From Nannocystales bacterium (GTDB lineage: Bacteria > Myxococcota_A > Polyangia > Nannocystales > Nannocystaceae), in contig JBOEGF010000011.1 of assembly GCA_050633305.1 (NCBI GenBank), forward strand, positions 1 to 63,221: a DNA stretch of 63,221 nucleotides, read 5' to 3'. The notes beneath the pieces were generated by a model that did no database searches, had not been told where the DNA came from, and saw only the letters and a list, made by a program, of their open reading frames with translations. The position numbers and the translations under genes were made by a program. Below are positions 43,770 to 55,240 of this stretch, one piece after another (the stretch's first letter is position 1; each line of letters opens with the position of its first letter).

Positions 43770-43776
43770 ATACTAT
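43770..43776. promoter_or_regulatory. Putative bidirectional -10 element between ligD and ku
   Basis: ATACTAT reads TACTAT on + (7 nt before the ku ATG) and TAGTAT on - (14 nt before the ligD GTG). Confidence 0.5.
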
Positions 43777-43783
43777 GGCCTTC

Positions 43784-44629
43784 ATGGCTGCCCGTGCCAT
43801 TTCGTCCGCGACCGTGGCCTTTGGGCTCGTCTCTATCCCTGTGAAGCTGTTTCCTTCGGTCTCTCCGTCGGATGCGATCCGCTTCAACACCCTGCACGCA
43901 GCGTGTGGGACCCGGGTCAAGCAACAGTTCTTCTGCCCCAAAGACGAAGAGGTCGTGCCCAGGAGCGACACGATCAAAGGATACGAGTTCGCAAAAGGCC
44001 AGTACGTCACCTTCAACGCAGAGGAACTCAAGGCGGTGGAGGAGCAGTCGACCGGAGGCATCGACATCACCGAATTCGTCCCGATTGAGAACGTCGACCC
44101 GCTGTATTACGCGAAGTCGTACTACCTCAACCCCGACGAGGCGGCTGCGCGTGCGTACCACCTGCTCGCGAGCGCGCTGCGCAAGACCGGGCTCGTTGCG
44201 CTGGCCAAGTACGCCGCTCGGGGGAAGCAATATCTGGTCCTTTTGCGGCCCATCCCCGAGGGCATCATTCTCCAGCAGCTGCACTACCCCGGCGAGGTTC
44301 GTTCCTTGGCGGATGTGGGCATTCCCGAAGCCGAGGTCGACGAGGGCGAGCTCGAACTCGCGATGCGCTTGATCGAGCAGAGCGCCCACCAGACCTTCAA
44401 TCCCGAGAAATACACCGACGACGTTCGGGCGCGGGTCGAGGCTCTGATCGCGCGGAAGGTCGAGGGCGAAGACATCACGCAAGAGCCGACCGCAAGCCCG
44501 AAGTCGCAGGTGATCGACCTGATGTCCGCGCTCAAGGAGAGCCTGCGCATCGATGCCGGTGCGGAACGCAAAGGACCGGTGTCCGCCGCCGAGCCGACCC
44601 GCGAAGACGAAGCGGCCGATGGCTCCTGA
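43784..44629 (+). CDS. ku: NHEJ Ku protein
   Basis: FGLVSIPVKL, KGYE, F V....DP.Y..YYL.P, VIDLMSALKESL. Confidence 0.95.
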   Translation: MAARAISSATVAFGLVSIPVKLFPSVSPSDAIRFNTLHAACGTRVKQQFFCPKDEEVVPRSDTIKGYEFAKGQYVTFNAEELKAVEEQSTGGIDITEFVPIENVDPLYYAKSYYLNPDEAAARAYHLLASALRKTGLVALAKYAARGKQYLVLLRPIPEGIILQQLHYPGEVRSLADVGIPEAEVDEGELELAMRLIEQSAHQTFNPEKYTDDVRARVEALIARKVEGEDITQEPTASPKSQVIDLMSALKESLRIDAGAERKGPVSAAEPTREDEAADGS

Positions 44630-45398
44630 GCCCCCAGGCGTCCGTCTTTTCAGTACCGCAGAGGTTGCGAAGCTCGGTGGTGTGTCCACCTCGACCGTCC
44701 GCCGGTGGGTCGCACACGGCCTGCTTCGCCCCGGTCGTGGACCGCGGGGACACCGGTTCTCCTGGGCTGATCTCAGCCGCGTGCGGGGGTGGTCCTCCTT
44801 GTCGAGCGTTCCGGTCACCCGGGTCGCTCGGGCTTTATCCCAGCATGCCGACCCCGGCGTCGTTCGCATCCGCGCATGCGGGCGCTCTCTCGCGGTCTCC
44901 GATTCCCGAGGTGCGTTTGAGGCCGACACAGGGCAATCCCTGTTACCGCTCGATGAGCCGGCCGGCTCAGTCCGTCCGCTTCTGCCGACACAGAGTTTTC
45001 GTACAGCACTGAACGCCGCGCGTGATCGCGGTGACGTTGAACAGGCCCTGTCCATCGTGGAACGGCATCTGCTGGTGCAGACCGAAGACTCTGCTGCTTG
45101 GTCGGAGTGTGCGGCGCTGCACCATCTTCGCGGAGCGCTGGACCGTGCGAGGCATGCGTACGAACGGGCGGTTGAAACGTCCCTGGGCGAGGAACGGGCC
45201 CGGGCGTTGTTCAACCTTGGCGTTGTGCTCGAGGATGCGGACCGCGACGAACCCGCGAGTCGTGCCTATGACGATGCGTTGGCCCTCGCCCCTCGTTTTG
45301 CCGACGCGCACTACAACGCGTCACGAGTTTGGGAAAGGCTCGGTGACCGCTGGCGCGCGCTGCGACACCTCCACGCGTATCGACGTCTGCAGCGTTGA
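44619..45398 (+). CDS. MerR-type HTH + TPR protein
   Basis: FST.EVAKL.GVS.STVRRW..GLL HTH; TGQ.LL; FNLGV.LED and ADAHYN TPRs; overlaps the ku stop. Confidence 0.85.
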   Translation: MAPEPPGVRLFSTAEVAKLGGVSTSTVRRWVAHGLLRPGRGPRGHRFSWADLSRVRGWSSLSSVPVTRVARALSQHADPGVVRIRACGRSLAVSDSRGAFEADTGQSLLPLDEPAGSVRPLLPTQSFRTALNAARDRGDVEQALSIVERHLLVQTEDSAAWSECAALHHLRGALDRARHAYERAVETSLGEERARALFNLGVVLEDADRDEPASRAYDDALALAPRFADAHYNASRVWERLGDRWRALRHLHAYRRLQR

Positions 45399-45496
45399 GA
45401 TTCCCGAGTGGCCCGGGAACGGACACTCGAACCTGATGCGCTTTCGTACGCGGTTGCCTATGATCCTCAGGCAGCGCTCTGGGCTGCATCTTTGTC

Positions 45497-47425
45497 ATGC
45501 GAACTTTGCTTGTTGAAGACGATGCCGTTCAGCGAGCTCGCCTCGCCGACGCGCTCGTCGAACTAGGACTCGAAGTCTCGAGCTATGAGCGAGCGGAGCG
45601 TGGCCTGATGGAGCACGCGCGTCAGCCGTTCGACCTGTTGGTCGTCGACTGGGTGTTGCCCGAGATGGACGGTCTGCAGCTGTGCCGCAAGGTTCGCTCG
45701 CTGCCCGGGGGCGACCGCCCCTACATTCTCGTGGTCACCGGCCGCGACCGACCCGACGACCTCTCGGCAGTACTCGATGCTGGGGCCGACGACTACGTGG
45801 CGAAACCGGTTCACATGGCGTTGTTCAAGACGCGGCTTCGCATTGCGCAACGCCGGTTGGCAAGCGACGCGCGACACCGGGCTGCACGTGAAGCACTTGC
45901 GCGCTCAGAGGCGGACTTCGGGCGGGTGATCGAACGCTCCCCATTGGGTGTGATCGCTGAGCATGACGGCGTGATCGTCTACGCCAACGCGGCGGCAGGC
46001 CGGACGTTCGGGACCAGCCCCCAGGCGCTGTGCGGCACCGCAACCGTCGACCTCGCGCAGCCGGAGTACCGGCACGTGGTCTCGCGTCGCTCCAAACGAT
46101 TCTTCCGCACCCAGGTCCCGCCGCCGCCCATGGAGATGGACCTGCGGCGGGTCGACGGTGGGGTTGTCGTCGTGCGGTGTATCCCCGCCACGTCGGCGGT
46201 CTACAACGGTCGGCGGGCGCTGTTCACGATGCTGCAGGACATCACGCAGCAGCGACAGCTGCAGGCGAGCTTGCAGCAGGCTGACCGTCTCGCGTCCGTT
46301 GGCTCGATGGCGGCTGGCGTCGCACACGAGATCAACAACCCGCTGGCCTACGTGATTACCAACCTCGAGCTGCTCCAAGAGGCGCTCGACGGAAGCGGCG
46401 AGGGGCCCCCGACTCCGGAGCTTGACGCCCGAATCGGCACGATCCTCGGCGACGCTCTTGACGGGAGTGAACGAGTTCGTCGAATCGTTGGAGACCTCAA
46501 ACGGTTCTCGCGGACGGCGGACGACGAGCCCGACGAAGCTGTCGATGTGCATGCGGTACTCGACGTCGCGGTCGACATCTCACGAAATGAGATCAAGCAC
46601 CGGGCGTGTCTGGTCCGGTCATTCGACGAGGTCCCGGCGGTACGCGGCAACGAAGGCCGACTGACCCAGGTCTTCGTCAACCTGCTCGTCAACGCTGCAC
46701 ACGCCATTCCCGACGAGGACGACGTCAAGAACCGTATCGAGCTCCGGACGGAACTCGGCGAGGAGGGCTTCGTCGAAATCTCGGTGACCGATACCGGGTG
46801 TGGAATCCCAAGCGAGATCGTAGACCGGATCTTCGATCCGTTCTTCACCACCAAACCCCAGGGGATGGGCACTGGCCTGGGCTTGTCGATCTGCCACGGC
46901 ATCGTCACGCGGCTGGGTGGGGCGCTTCGGGTCGAGAGCCGCGTGGGTCAGGGGACGACGGTCACGGTTTCGCTGCGCGCCGATCCCGACGCCGCGTCGG
47001 CCGTCGGGGCGGCTCAAGTCACCGACACGGCCAGGGACAGCTCGGGCATGCGCATTCTCGTCGTCGACGACGAGCCGCTGGTCTGCGAGGGCATCAAGCG
47101 GGCGTTGAAGAACCACGATGTGACCGTGACGAGTTCTGGTGGCGACGCCGTGCGATTGTGTGCAGCGGGCGAGTTCGACCTGGTGCTCTGCGACGTCATG
47201 ATGCCCGACGTCTCGGGGATGGACGTCTTCAGCCAGGTTCGACGCTCTCGGCCGGAAATCGCGAGTCGCTTCGTGTTCATGACCGGCGGTGCGTTTACCC
47301 CCAGCGCTCGCGCGTTCCTCGAATCCGTCGAGAACGAGCAAATCTATAAGCCGTTCTCGCTCCGGGACCTCCGCAGCTTGGTGGCTCGCCGTAGCGACGC
47401 AGAGCCGCTCGCGTTGGTGCGGTGA
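45497..47425 (+). CDS. Hybrid histidine kinase REC-PAS-HisKA-HATPase-REC
   Basis: AHEINNPL, QVFVNLLVNA, D.G.G, FDPFFTTK, GTGLGL; two receiver domains. Confidence 0.95.
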   Translation: MRTLLVEDDAVQRARLADALVELGLEVSSYERAERGLMEHARQPFDLLVVDWVLPEMDGLQLCRKVRSLPGGDRPYILVVTGRDRPDDLSAVLDAGADDYVAKPVHMALFKTRLRIAQRRLASDARHRAAREALARSEADFGRVIERSPLGVIAEHDGVIVYANAAAGRTFGTSPQALCGTATVDLAQPEYRHVVSRRSKRFFRTQVPPPPMEMDLRRVDGGVVVVRCIPATSAVYNGRRALFTMLQDITQQRQLQASLQQADRLASVGSMAAGVAHEINNPLAYVITNLELLQEALDGSGEGPPTPELDARIGTILGDALDGSERVRRIVGDLKRFSRTADDEPDEAVDVHAVLDVAVDISRNEIKHRACLVRSFDEVPAVRGNEGRLTQVFVNLLVNAAHAIPDEDDVKNRIELRTELGEEGFVEISVTDTGCGIPSEIVDRIFDPFFTTKPQGMGTGLGLSICHGIVTRLGGALRVESRVGQGTTVTVSLRADPDAASAVGAAQVTDTARDSSGMRILVVDDEPLVCEGIKRALKNHDVTVTSSGGDAVRLCAAGEFDLVLCDVMMPDVSGMDVFSQVRRSRPEIASRFVFMTGGAFTPSARAFLESVENEQIYKPFSLRDLRSLVARRSDAEPLALVR

Positions 47426-47510
47426 CGACCGCTGAGGGCGCGCCGGCAAGCGCTTCGTGCAACCCCGCCTAGGTGGCCGGTTGCACGAGCGCGTTCGAGG
47501 GGCATGATGG

Positions 47511-49334
<1,824 letters not shown>

Positions 49335-49361
<27 letters not shown>

Positions 49362-50228
49362 GCGCGCCAACTCGATCAGCGTCTCGGCGCGCCCCCCCGG
49401 CAGCAGGCTGTGTCGATGGAACCCATAGACGGGCACGGGCTGGACCAGCTTCGTCCGAACCAGCTCCAGCTCGCCTCGATTCACAGCCGGGCGGGCGAGC
49501 GCTTCGGGGAGGACCACGAGCGCGCCCATCCGAAGGGCCAGCTTGGCGGCCAAGTGAGGCTGGGGGACCACCGCGATGACGGTCCGTGGGGCGGCCCCCG
49601 GCCAGCCATCACACGTCGTCCCGTCGTTCCTTTGCCCCCACAAGACGAACGGGTGCCCGGCGGTGGGCTTTCGCCGGGATGCAAGCGCTGCGTGTCCCAC
49701 CGGCGCGTAGACGCCCGAGACCACGTCGCCCAAGTGCACCCGTGACAGGTTGGGGGCCGCCGTCGGGGCGCTGGTCAACGCGACATCGAGTTGCCCCTGT
49801 AGGAGCGCTGCGACGAAGCCCGTGTCGTCGGTCGCGCGGACGTTGGGCACCAGGTCCGGCGCATGATCGCGAAGGTTCGCGAGTGCACGCGCCAGGACGA
49901 TGTCCGTCACACCGTTGGTGCTCGCGATGTGGAGCGGGCCTGCCAACGTCTGCGTGTCCATCAGGGACATTCCGTCGTGGACGCGGCGCATGGCATCGCG
50001 AACCGCGACGAGCAAACGCTCGCCGGCCTCGTTGAGCACGATTCTTCGGCCTTGGCGTTCGAAGAGCGTGCGCCCCAAGTCCGTCTCCAGGAGACGAATC
50101 GTTCGTGAGAGCGCGCTTGCGCTCACGTTCAGCTCGGTGCTGGCGGTCGGAAGGTGCTGGGTCTCGGCGACGGCGCGAAAGGCCGGAAGCCAGCTCCACA
50201 CGCTGGCAACACGTCGAAGGCGTTCCAC
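49335..50228 (-). CDS. LysR-family regulator
   Basis: WLPAFRAVAET.HL..AS..L.VS.SALSR HTH; start inferred at GTG 50228. Confidence 0.88.
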
Positions 50229-50233
50229 GCGGC

Positions 50234-51610
50234 TCAGCCCTCGGGCGGGCAGATCACGTTGCCCAGGGCGTACCCGGTCATGTCCGAGTAGGTGTAGGGG
50301 CTGTTTAGGCCAGTGTACGAACCCACGTCGAGACCGGTGGCGGGGTCGACCTTCCAGGCCCATTCATTGACCACCCAGATGTAGCCATCCACGTCGGCGC
50401 TGACGCCTTTCGCTTCGCCGCCGCCCTGCGCGATGAAGGTGGGTCCCCGTTCCAGCGTCTCGATGTTGACCGAGACGGCACCCATGCTGGTCGCGATCCA
50501 CATGAAGTTGTTCGGGCCCTCGGCGAGGCCCCCGAGGCTGATGAAGCCTCCGACGGTGTCCCATGTCTCCGTTTCGGGGTCGAAGCGAGCCACGCCCGAG
50601 CCCAAGGTGCTGGAGATCCACACGTTGCCGAAGTGGTCGAGCGTGATGCCGTACGAGGCCACGCCCGCGGGGAGATCCCACGTCGTGTACTCGAGCGTGT
50701 CGATGGCGACCCGGCCGAGCTTGGGCCCGAGCGTAACGGTGCCCATGTGCACAAAGAAGAGGTTCCCCGCGGCATCCACGGCTCCTCCGTAGGCGCCGAG
50801 TTGCCCGCCGCCGAAGTCCTCTTGGGGCACGATGATCTCGTCCTCGACGAGCCCGCTGTCCCCGTCGAGCAATGACACTCGAACCCCGCCAGCGCCACCG
50901 ATGCCCGGCGCAAGCCCGGGGTTCTCCGAGGAGACGGTCCAAACCTTCTGCTCGACCGAGTCGCAGGTGCCAGGTGTCACTGCACCGCCGATCCAGGCCA
51001 CAGGCCGCTGATTGGTCGTGGCGAACTCGGTGTGCCACGCAACGCACTCCTCGACGCCCCACGGAAGGACGTCCCCGGGCCCGCTGGAGGTCTGAATGCC
51101 CGGCGTCCCGTTGGTGTCCAGACAGTCGCCCTCTTCGGCGAAGATCTTGGTCAACCCTCCGTGCCGGTTGGCGACCGCGACGTCTCCGGCGAGGTTGACG
51201 GATGTCCGCGATGGGTTGCCGTTGCCGTCGGGCCGCGTGATGTACCGGCCTTCTTCTTCGAGCGTCCGGACGTTGATCTTGGAGACCGTCCCCTGGTCGG
51301 CGTTGGCGATCCAGATGTAGGCCAGCTCGCAGCCGCAGGGGCCGAGGCCGCCCTCGGGCGCCCCGACGTCGAGCTTGATGTCGCCGCCGCTGGAGTCGTC
51401 GGCCGCGCTGCTGGAGCTGCTGGTCGAGATCGCGCCGGTCGAAGCGGAGGTTGGCGCGGTGTCCTCTCCGGTACTGGCTGCGCCGGTCGAGTTGGCCTGA
51501 CCCCCCGAAGCGCTGTCGTTCGCAAAGGCATCCGAGCCGCTGGAGCCGCCACAGGCGAGTCCCAGCGCAAGCGCCACTGCGGCGCACATCTTCGTGGTCT
51601 CACGCATCAT
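50234..51610 (-). CDS. Beta-propeller (Vgb-like) lipoprotein
   Basis: Lipobox LGLA-C, Ser/Thr linker, IWIAN...VSKI, PSRTSV, YGI..D..G.VW, PYTYSDMTG. Confidence 0.8.
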   Translation of the reverse strand: MMRETTKMCAAVALALGLACGGSSGSDAFANDSASGGQANSTGAASTGEDTAPTSASTGAISTSSSSSAADDSSGGDIKLDVGAPEGGLGPCGCELAYIWIANADQGTVSKINVRTLEEEGRYITRPDGNGNPSRTSVNLAGDVAVANRHGGLTKIFAEEGDCLDTNGTPGIQTSSGPGDVLPWGVEECVAWHTEFATTNQRPVAWIGGAVTPGTCDSVEQKVWTVSSENPGLAPGIGGAGGVRVSLLDGDSGLVEDEIIVPQEDFGGGQLGAYGGAVDAAGNLFFVHMGTVTLGPKLGRVAIDTLEYTTWDLPAGVASYGITLDHFGNVWISSTLGSGVARFDPETETWDTVGGFISLGGLAEGPNNFMWIATSMGAVSVNIETLERGPTFIAQGGGEAKGVSADVDGYIWVVNEWAWKVDPATGLDVGSYTGLNSPYTYSDMTGYALGNVICPPEG

Positions 51611-51700
51611 TGAATCCAATCCCCACCACATCCTACCAGTGGTCCGACCACCGACAGTGGCACCAGGAACGTGAGGTTGGGCTCTGCTACGCTGATGTCG

Positions 51701-51910
51701 ATGGGGGACGTGCTGAACCTGAATCGGGCCCGGAAGCGCAAGAAGCGCGATGACGAACGGGCCCGAGGGGATGCCAACGCCGTGAAGTTCGGCCGTTCCA
51801 AGGCCGACCGGGAGGGCCAGAAGGCCCAAAACGCACTCGACGAGGCGAAGCTCGACGGCGTGCGCCGGATTCGCGCCGAAGAATCCGACGACGACGAATC
51901 GAGCCCTTGA
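51701..51910 (+). CDS. DUF4169-like small basic protein
   Basis: V.NLNRARK.K.R...A.AN..KFGRSKA...LDG. Confidence 0.8.
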   Translation: MGDVLNLNRARKRKKRDDERARGDANAVKFGRSKADREGQKAQNALDEAKLDGVRRIRAEESDDDESSP

Positions 51911-51956
51911 GCGCGTTGGCCCGAGCGGCGCGGCCTGGCACACTCGGCATTGCCGC

Positions 51957-53261
51957 GTGAGCTCCTCCGACTCCGAACCCGGGCAGATGACGACGATGCC
52001 CTTGGCTGCGTCCGAGGGCGACCTTGGGCCCCGGCTCTTGATCCTCTTGCAAGGCGACGTGCGCGCCGTGTCGCTTCCGACCTCCGGCAGCCTCAAGGTT
52101 GGCCGTGCCGAGGACGCGGACATTCGCATCGACACCGACTCGATTTCCCGTCGGCACGCGGTGCTCCACCTGGGTGAGAGCCTGGAGGTCGAGGACGTCG
52201 GAAGCAGCAACGGAACCAAGGTCGGCGGGCAAAAGGTCGAGCGCGGTGTTCGTGTGGCCGTGGTCGCGGGCGACCTGATCGAGTTCGGTGGGGTGAGCGT
52301 TGTTGTCCAAGGTGCGCTCGAGTCCACCGGGGGCGCGCGCAAGCGCTCGGCGATGCACCGTCTGGCGGATGTCGCCGAGCGCGTGGCTCGCAGCGAGATC
52401 AGTGTGCTGCTCACCGGAGAGACCGGCGTGGGCAAGGAGGTCTTTGCGCGACGGATCCACGAACTCTCACCACGCTCGGGGCCGTTTGTTGCGCTGAACT
52501 GCGGTGCGCTTTCGCAGCAACTCCTCGAGAGCGAGCTGTTCGGTCACGAGGCGGGGTCCTTTACAGGTGCGAAGCAAACCAAGCCCGGGTTGCTCGAGAC
52601 CGGGGAGGGCGGCACCGTGTTCCTCGACGAGGTCGGGGAGATGCCCTTGGAGGCCCAGGTTCGGCTGCTGCGCGTGCTGGAAGAGCGACGTGTGCTGAGG
52701 GTGGGTGGGCTACAGCCACGCCCGATCGACGTCCGCTTCGTTTCGGCCACCAACCGCGACCTTCAGCAAGAGGTCGCGGCGGGCCGCTTCCGCGAGGACC
52801 TCTACTATCGCCTCAACGGCATCACGCTCGCCATTCCGCCCCTGCGCGAGCGGCTCGGTGAGATTCCAAAGCTCGCCAGCACGTTCATCGAGGAGGCGGC
52901 GGCCCGCTCCGGTGTCCCCGCGCCCTCGCTGAGTTCAGCGGCGCTGTCGCGGCTGGAGGCACATCCGTGGCCAGGCAACATTCGCGAACTCCGCAACGTG
53001 GTCGAGCGCGCGGTGGTCTTGTGCGGCGACGGGGCGATCGAGACCGAGCACCTGTTCCCCGCCGACCTGGTCGGTGGCCTCTCTGGGGACGAGGGAGCCG
53101 CGCCGCAAGACGAGCGAGGCCGGATCATGTCGGCGCTTCAGGAATGTGCGGGCAACCAGACCCGCGCCGCCAAGTTGCTGGGCATCTCCCGCAAGACGCT
53201 CGGGGTCAAGATGGACAAGCTGGGTATCGCTCGACCTCAAAAGGGCCGCGCGAAGGAATGA
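51957..53261 (+). CDS. FHA-domain sigma54-dependent activator
   Basis: FHA (GR, ISRRHA, SSNGT), [36 protein letters not shown], Fis-type HTH. Confidence 0.93.
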   Translation: MSSSDSEPGQMTTMPLAASEGDLGPRLLILLQGDVRAVSLPTSGSLKVGRAEDADIRIDTDSISRRHAVLHLGESLEVEDVGSSNGTKVGGQKVERGVRVAVVAGDLIEFGGVSVVVQGALESTGGARKRSAMHRLADVAERVARSEISVLLTGETGVGKEVFARRIHELSPRSGPFVALNCGALSQQLLESELFGHEAGSFTGAKQTKPGLLETGEGGTVFLDEVGEMPLEAQVRLLRVLEERRVLRVGGLQPRPIDVRFVSATNRDLQQEVAAGRFREDLYYRLNGITLAIPPLRERLGEIPKLASTFIEEAAARSGVPAPSLSSAALSRLEAHPWPGNIRELRNVVERAVVLCGDGAIETEHLFPADLVGGLSGDEGAAPQDERGRIMSALQECAGNQTRAAKLLGISRKTLGVKMDKLGIARPQKGRAKE

Positions 53262-54496
53262 CCGGGGCTCACCTCGAGACTCGGGCCATGATCAAGGGTC
53301 GCGTGGGTCGCGTCTGCTGCGTCGCGAGTCTTGCGATGCTCTCTCTGGGCTGCGGTCTGTTCGGAAGGTCGGGTGCCGGCGGTGGCACAGCCGAGCGTGG
53401 CACGCTGGATCTGACCCGGTGGGCCTTGACGAAGATCGATGTCGACCTGGTCAACGCCCCGACGACCTTGTGTCCCGGTCAGCGCGTCCAGCTGTCGATC
53501 GTCGCCGAAGCCAAGCATCGCAAGCGGGACAAGGTGCGACTCGTCCAGACCTACGAGGGCAACCGCCCAGGGCTCGCACGTCGGACCAAGCTCGGCTTCG
53601 ACAGCTTCGTGCTGCAGTCCGGGCAAGGACGGTTCGACGCACACGGTTGGTACACGCCGAGCGAAGATCCCTTCGTTTCCGTCCACGGGTTCACGCTCGA
53701 GGTGGAGCACACGCCCAACCCCAAGCTCGCCACGACGCTCAACTTCAAGCCCGCCTATGACTGCGTTCGTCAGGGTGGGGGGAGCGGGCCCTCCGGGTCA
53801 CCGGGTCGCAGTGGATCCGCGGGTGCCTCGGGAGATCGGGGCAAGTACGGTGGCTCGTCCGAAGACGGCGGAGCCGGCGGGGCCGGGGGCTCGGGGAGCA
53901 ACGGCGGCGAGGGGACGGCAGGCGCTGCGGGCCCGCGGGTGTCGGCTTGGGCAACCGTCGTTCGAACGCCGCACCATGAGCACCTCGTGTTGCTCGAGTA
54001 CGAGGGCGACATGACGGGGCGAGCGATGTTCGACTCGCACACCTCGTTCGTCTTGGCCGCAGCGGGAGGACCTGGAGGCCGTGGAGGCGCTGGAGGGTCG
54101 GGCGGGCCAGGCGGTTCCGGTGGTGGCGGGTCGTTGGGCGGTGGCGGCGGTGCTGGCGGTCCCGGCGGGACAGGTGGCATGGGTGGACCTGGCGGCGCTG
54201 GCGGTCACATCGATCTCGTCATCGACGAGCGGTTTCCCGAGCTCGCCCAAGTGATCCGGCTCGACGTGTCTGGAGGCAACGGTGGCTCCGGCGGCGCGGT
54301 GGGCGACGGCGGTCAGGGGGGATCGGGGGGGCATTCCTCGGCGGAGGACACCGACGACGGCCCAGACGGCTCCGAGGGCGCAGATGGCACCCGTGGATCG
54401 CAGGGACGCGATGGAGCACCCGGTGTGGCCAACGTGCGGGTTGGCGGGGTCGATGAGCGCTTCTCGGCACTTCCAGAGGGCGTCACTCGCCTCTAG
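53258..54496 (+). CDS. Lipoprotein with Gly-X-X (collagen-like) repeats
   Basis: Lipobox LSLG-C; three GxxGxx blocks separated by short beta segments; ATGA overlap with the activator gene. Confidence 0.75.
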   Translation: MTGAHLETRAMIKGRVGRVCCVASLAMLSLGCGLFGRSGAGGGTAERGTLDLTRWALTKIDVDLVNAPTTLCPGQRVQLSIVAEAKHRKRDKVRLVQTYEGNRPGLARRTKLGFDSFVLQSGQGRFDAHGWYTPSEDPFVSVHGFTLEVEHTPNPKLATTLNFKPAYDCVRQGGGSGPSGSPGRSGSAGASGDRGKYGGSSEDGGAGGAGGSGSNGGEGTAGAAGPRVSAWATVVRTPHHEHLVLLEYEGDMTGRAMFDSHTSFVLAAAGGPGGRGGAGGSGGPGGSGGGGSLGGGGGAGGPGGTGGMGGPGGAGGHIDLVIDERFPELAQVIRLDVSGGNGGSGGAVGDGGQGGSGGHSSAEDTDDGPDGSEGADGTRGSQGRDGAPGVANVRVGGVDERFSALPEGVTRL

Positions 54497-54551
54497 GACG
54501 GCCGGAGGCCGGACGGGACCGAGGAAATCTCCTTTTTTTCGCAGGGGGGGT

Positions 54552-54577
54552 GGAATCGAAGTTCGGCGAGCGTCGTT
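54552..54577 (+). promoter_or_regulatory. ECF-type promoter
   Basis: GGAATC-N16-CGTT, preceded by a T tract. Confidence 0.45.
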
Positions 54578-54666
54578 TAGGAGGCACGAGCCAGTGAGGA
54601 GTTCGCTCCGTACTGTCAGCAACGACAGGCTCGCTCGTTCACCCCCTAGAACCCGAAGCACCGCCC

Positions 54667-54909
54667 ATGTCCCTCAAAGCCCATATCGCCGTAGGAACCC
54701 TTCTGGGGGTGCTCTTGGGTGTGGGTGCGGTCGCGGTTATCTCCCGGGCGACGCCGACCGCTTCATCGCAGGCCGAGGCATCGGAGCCAGGCCGGGCTGA
54801 AAACCCTGAGTCGAGCGTCTCTCCAGCCGCTTTGCGGGGTGATGTCTTGCGCGAAGGCTTCAGTCGCCCGATGCGCCCGGGCGCTACGCGCCGTTCGCTT
54901 CAAAGCTGA
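54667..54909 (+). CDS. Small single-pass membrane or secreted protein
   Basis: Hydrophobic N-terminus, 80 aa. Confidence 0.55.
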   Translation: MSLKAHIAVGTLLGVLLGVGAVAVISRATPTASSQAEASEPGRAENPESSVSPAALRGDVLREGFSRPMRPGATRRSLQS

Positions 54910-54996
54910 TCGCGGCCCGCGAGGGCGCGGTTGAGGCGGACGTGTCCCAGACCCGGCCGGACTGGCCTCGCGTCGCGACGACGCTACGTTGATCTC

Positions 54997-55215
54997 ATGC
55001 GAGGTGCGGGCACGCTCGGGCGGCGTCGCGGCGGGCGTTCGCGTCCGCTCGGCGGAGGCTTTCGCCTGGGCGTCGGCGAACCCGCGGCAGCCTGCGATGC
55101 GTACGACGATGAGCAGGACCACTCGCGCTGCGCGGACTGCAAGGGGACGGGCTGGTACGTGGGGTTCACCGAACGCCGGTACTGCCCGACGTGCGATGGC
55201 AGCGGCTTCCTCTAG
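54997..55215 (+). CDS. Small DnaJ-type zinc-finger protein
   Basis: CADCKGTG and CPTCDGSG motifs; start uncertain. Confidence 0.65.
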   Translation: MRGAGTLGRRRGGRSRPLGGGFRLGVGEPAAACDAYDDEQDHSRCADCKGTGWYVGFTERRYCPTCDGSGFL

Positions 55216-55240
55216 AACCGGAGCGGGTCGTCGCGGTCGG

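Noticed and set aside
41200..44070. LigD with a 105-aa N-terminal extension overlapping ku
   Set aside because: The extension is the antisense of ku; LigD similarity begins near 43755
51935..51955. Sigma54 promoter (TGGCAC...TTGC) upstream of the FHA activator
   Set aside because: The GG-N10-GC spacing is not satisfied
54587..54633. Hammerhead ribozyme
   Set aside because: Three stems are present, but the CUGANGA, GAAA and UH core residues are not matched
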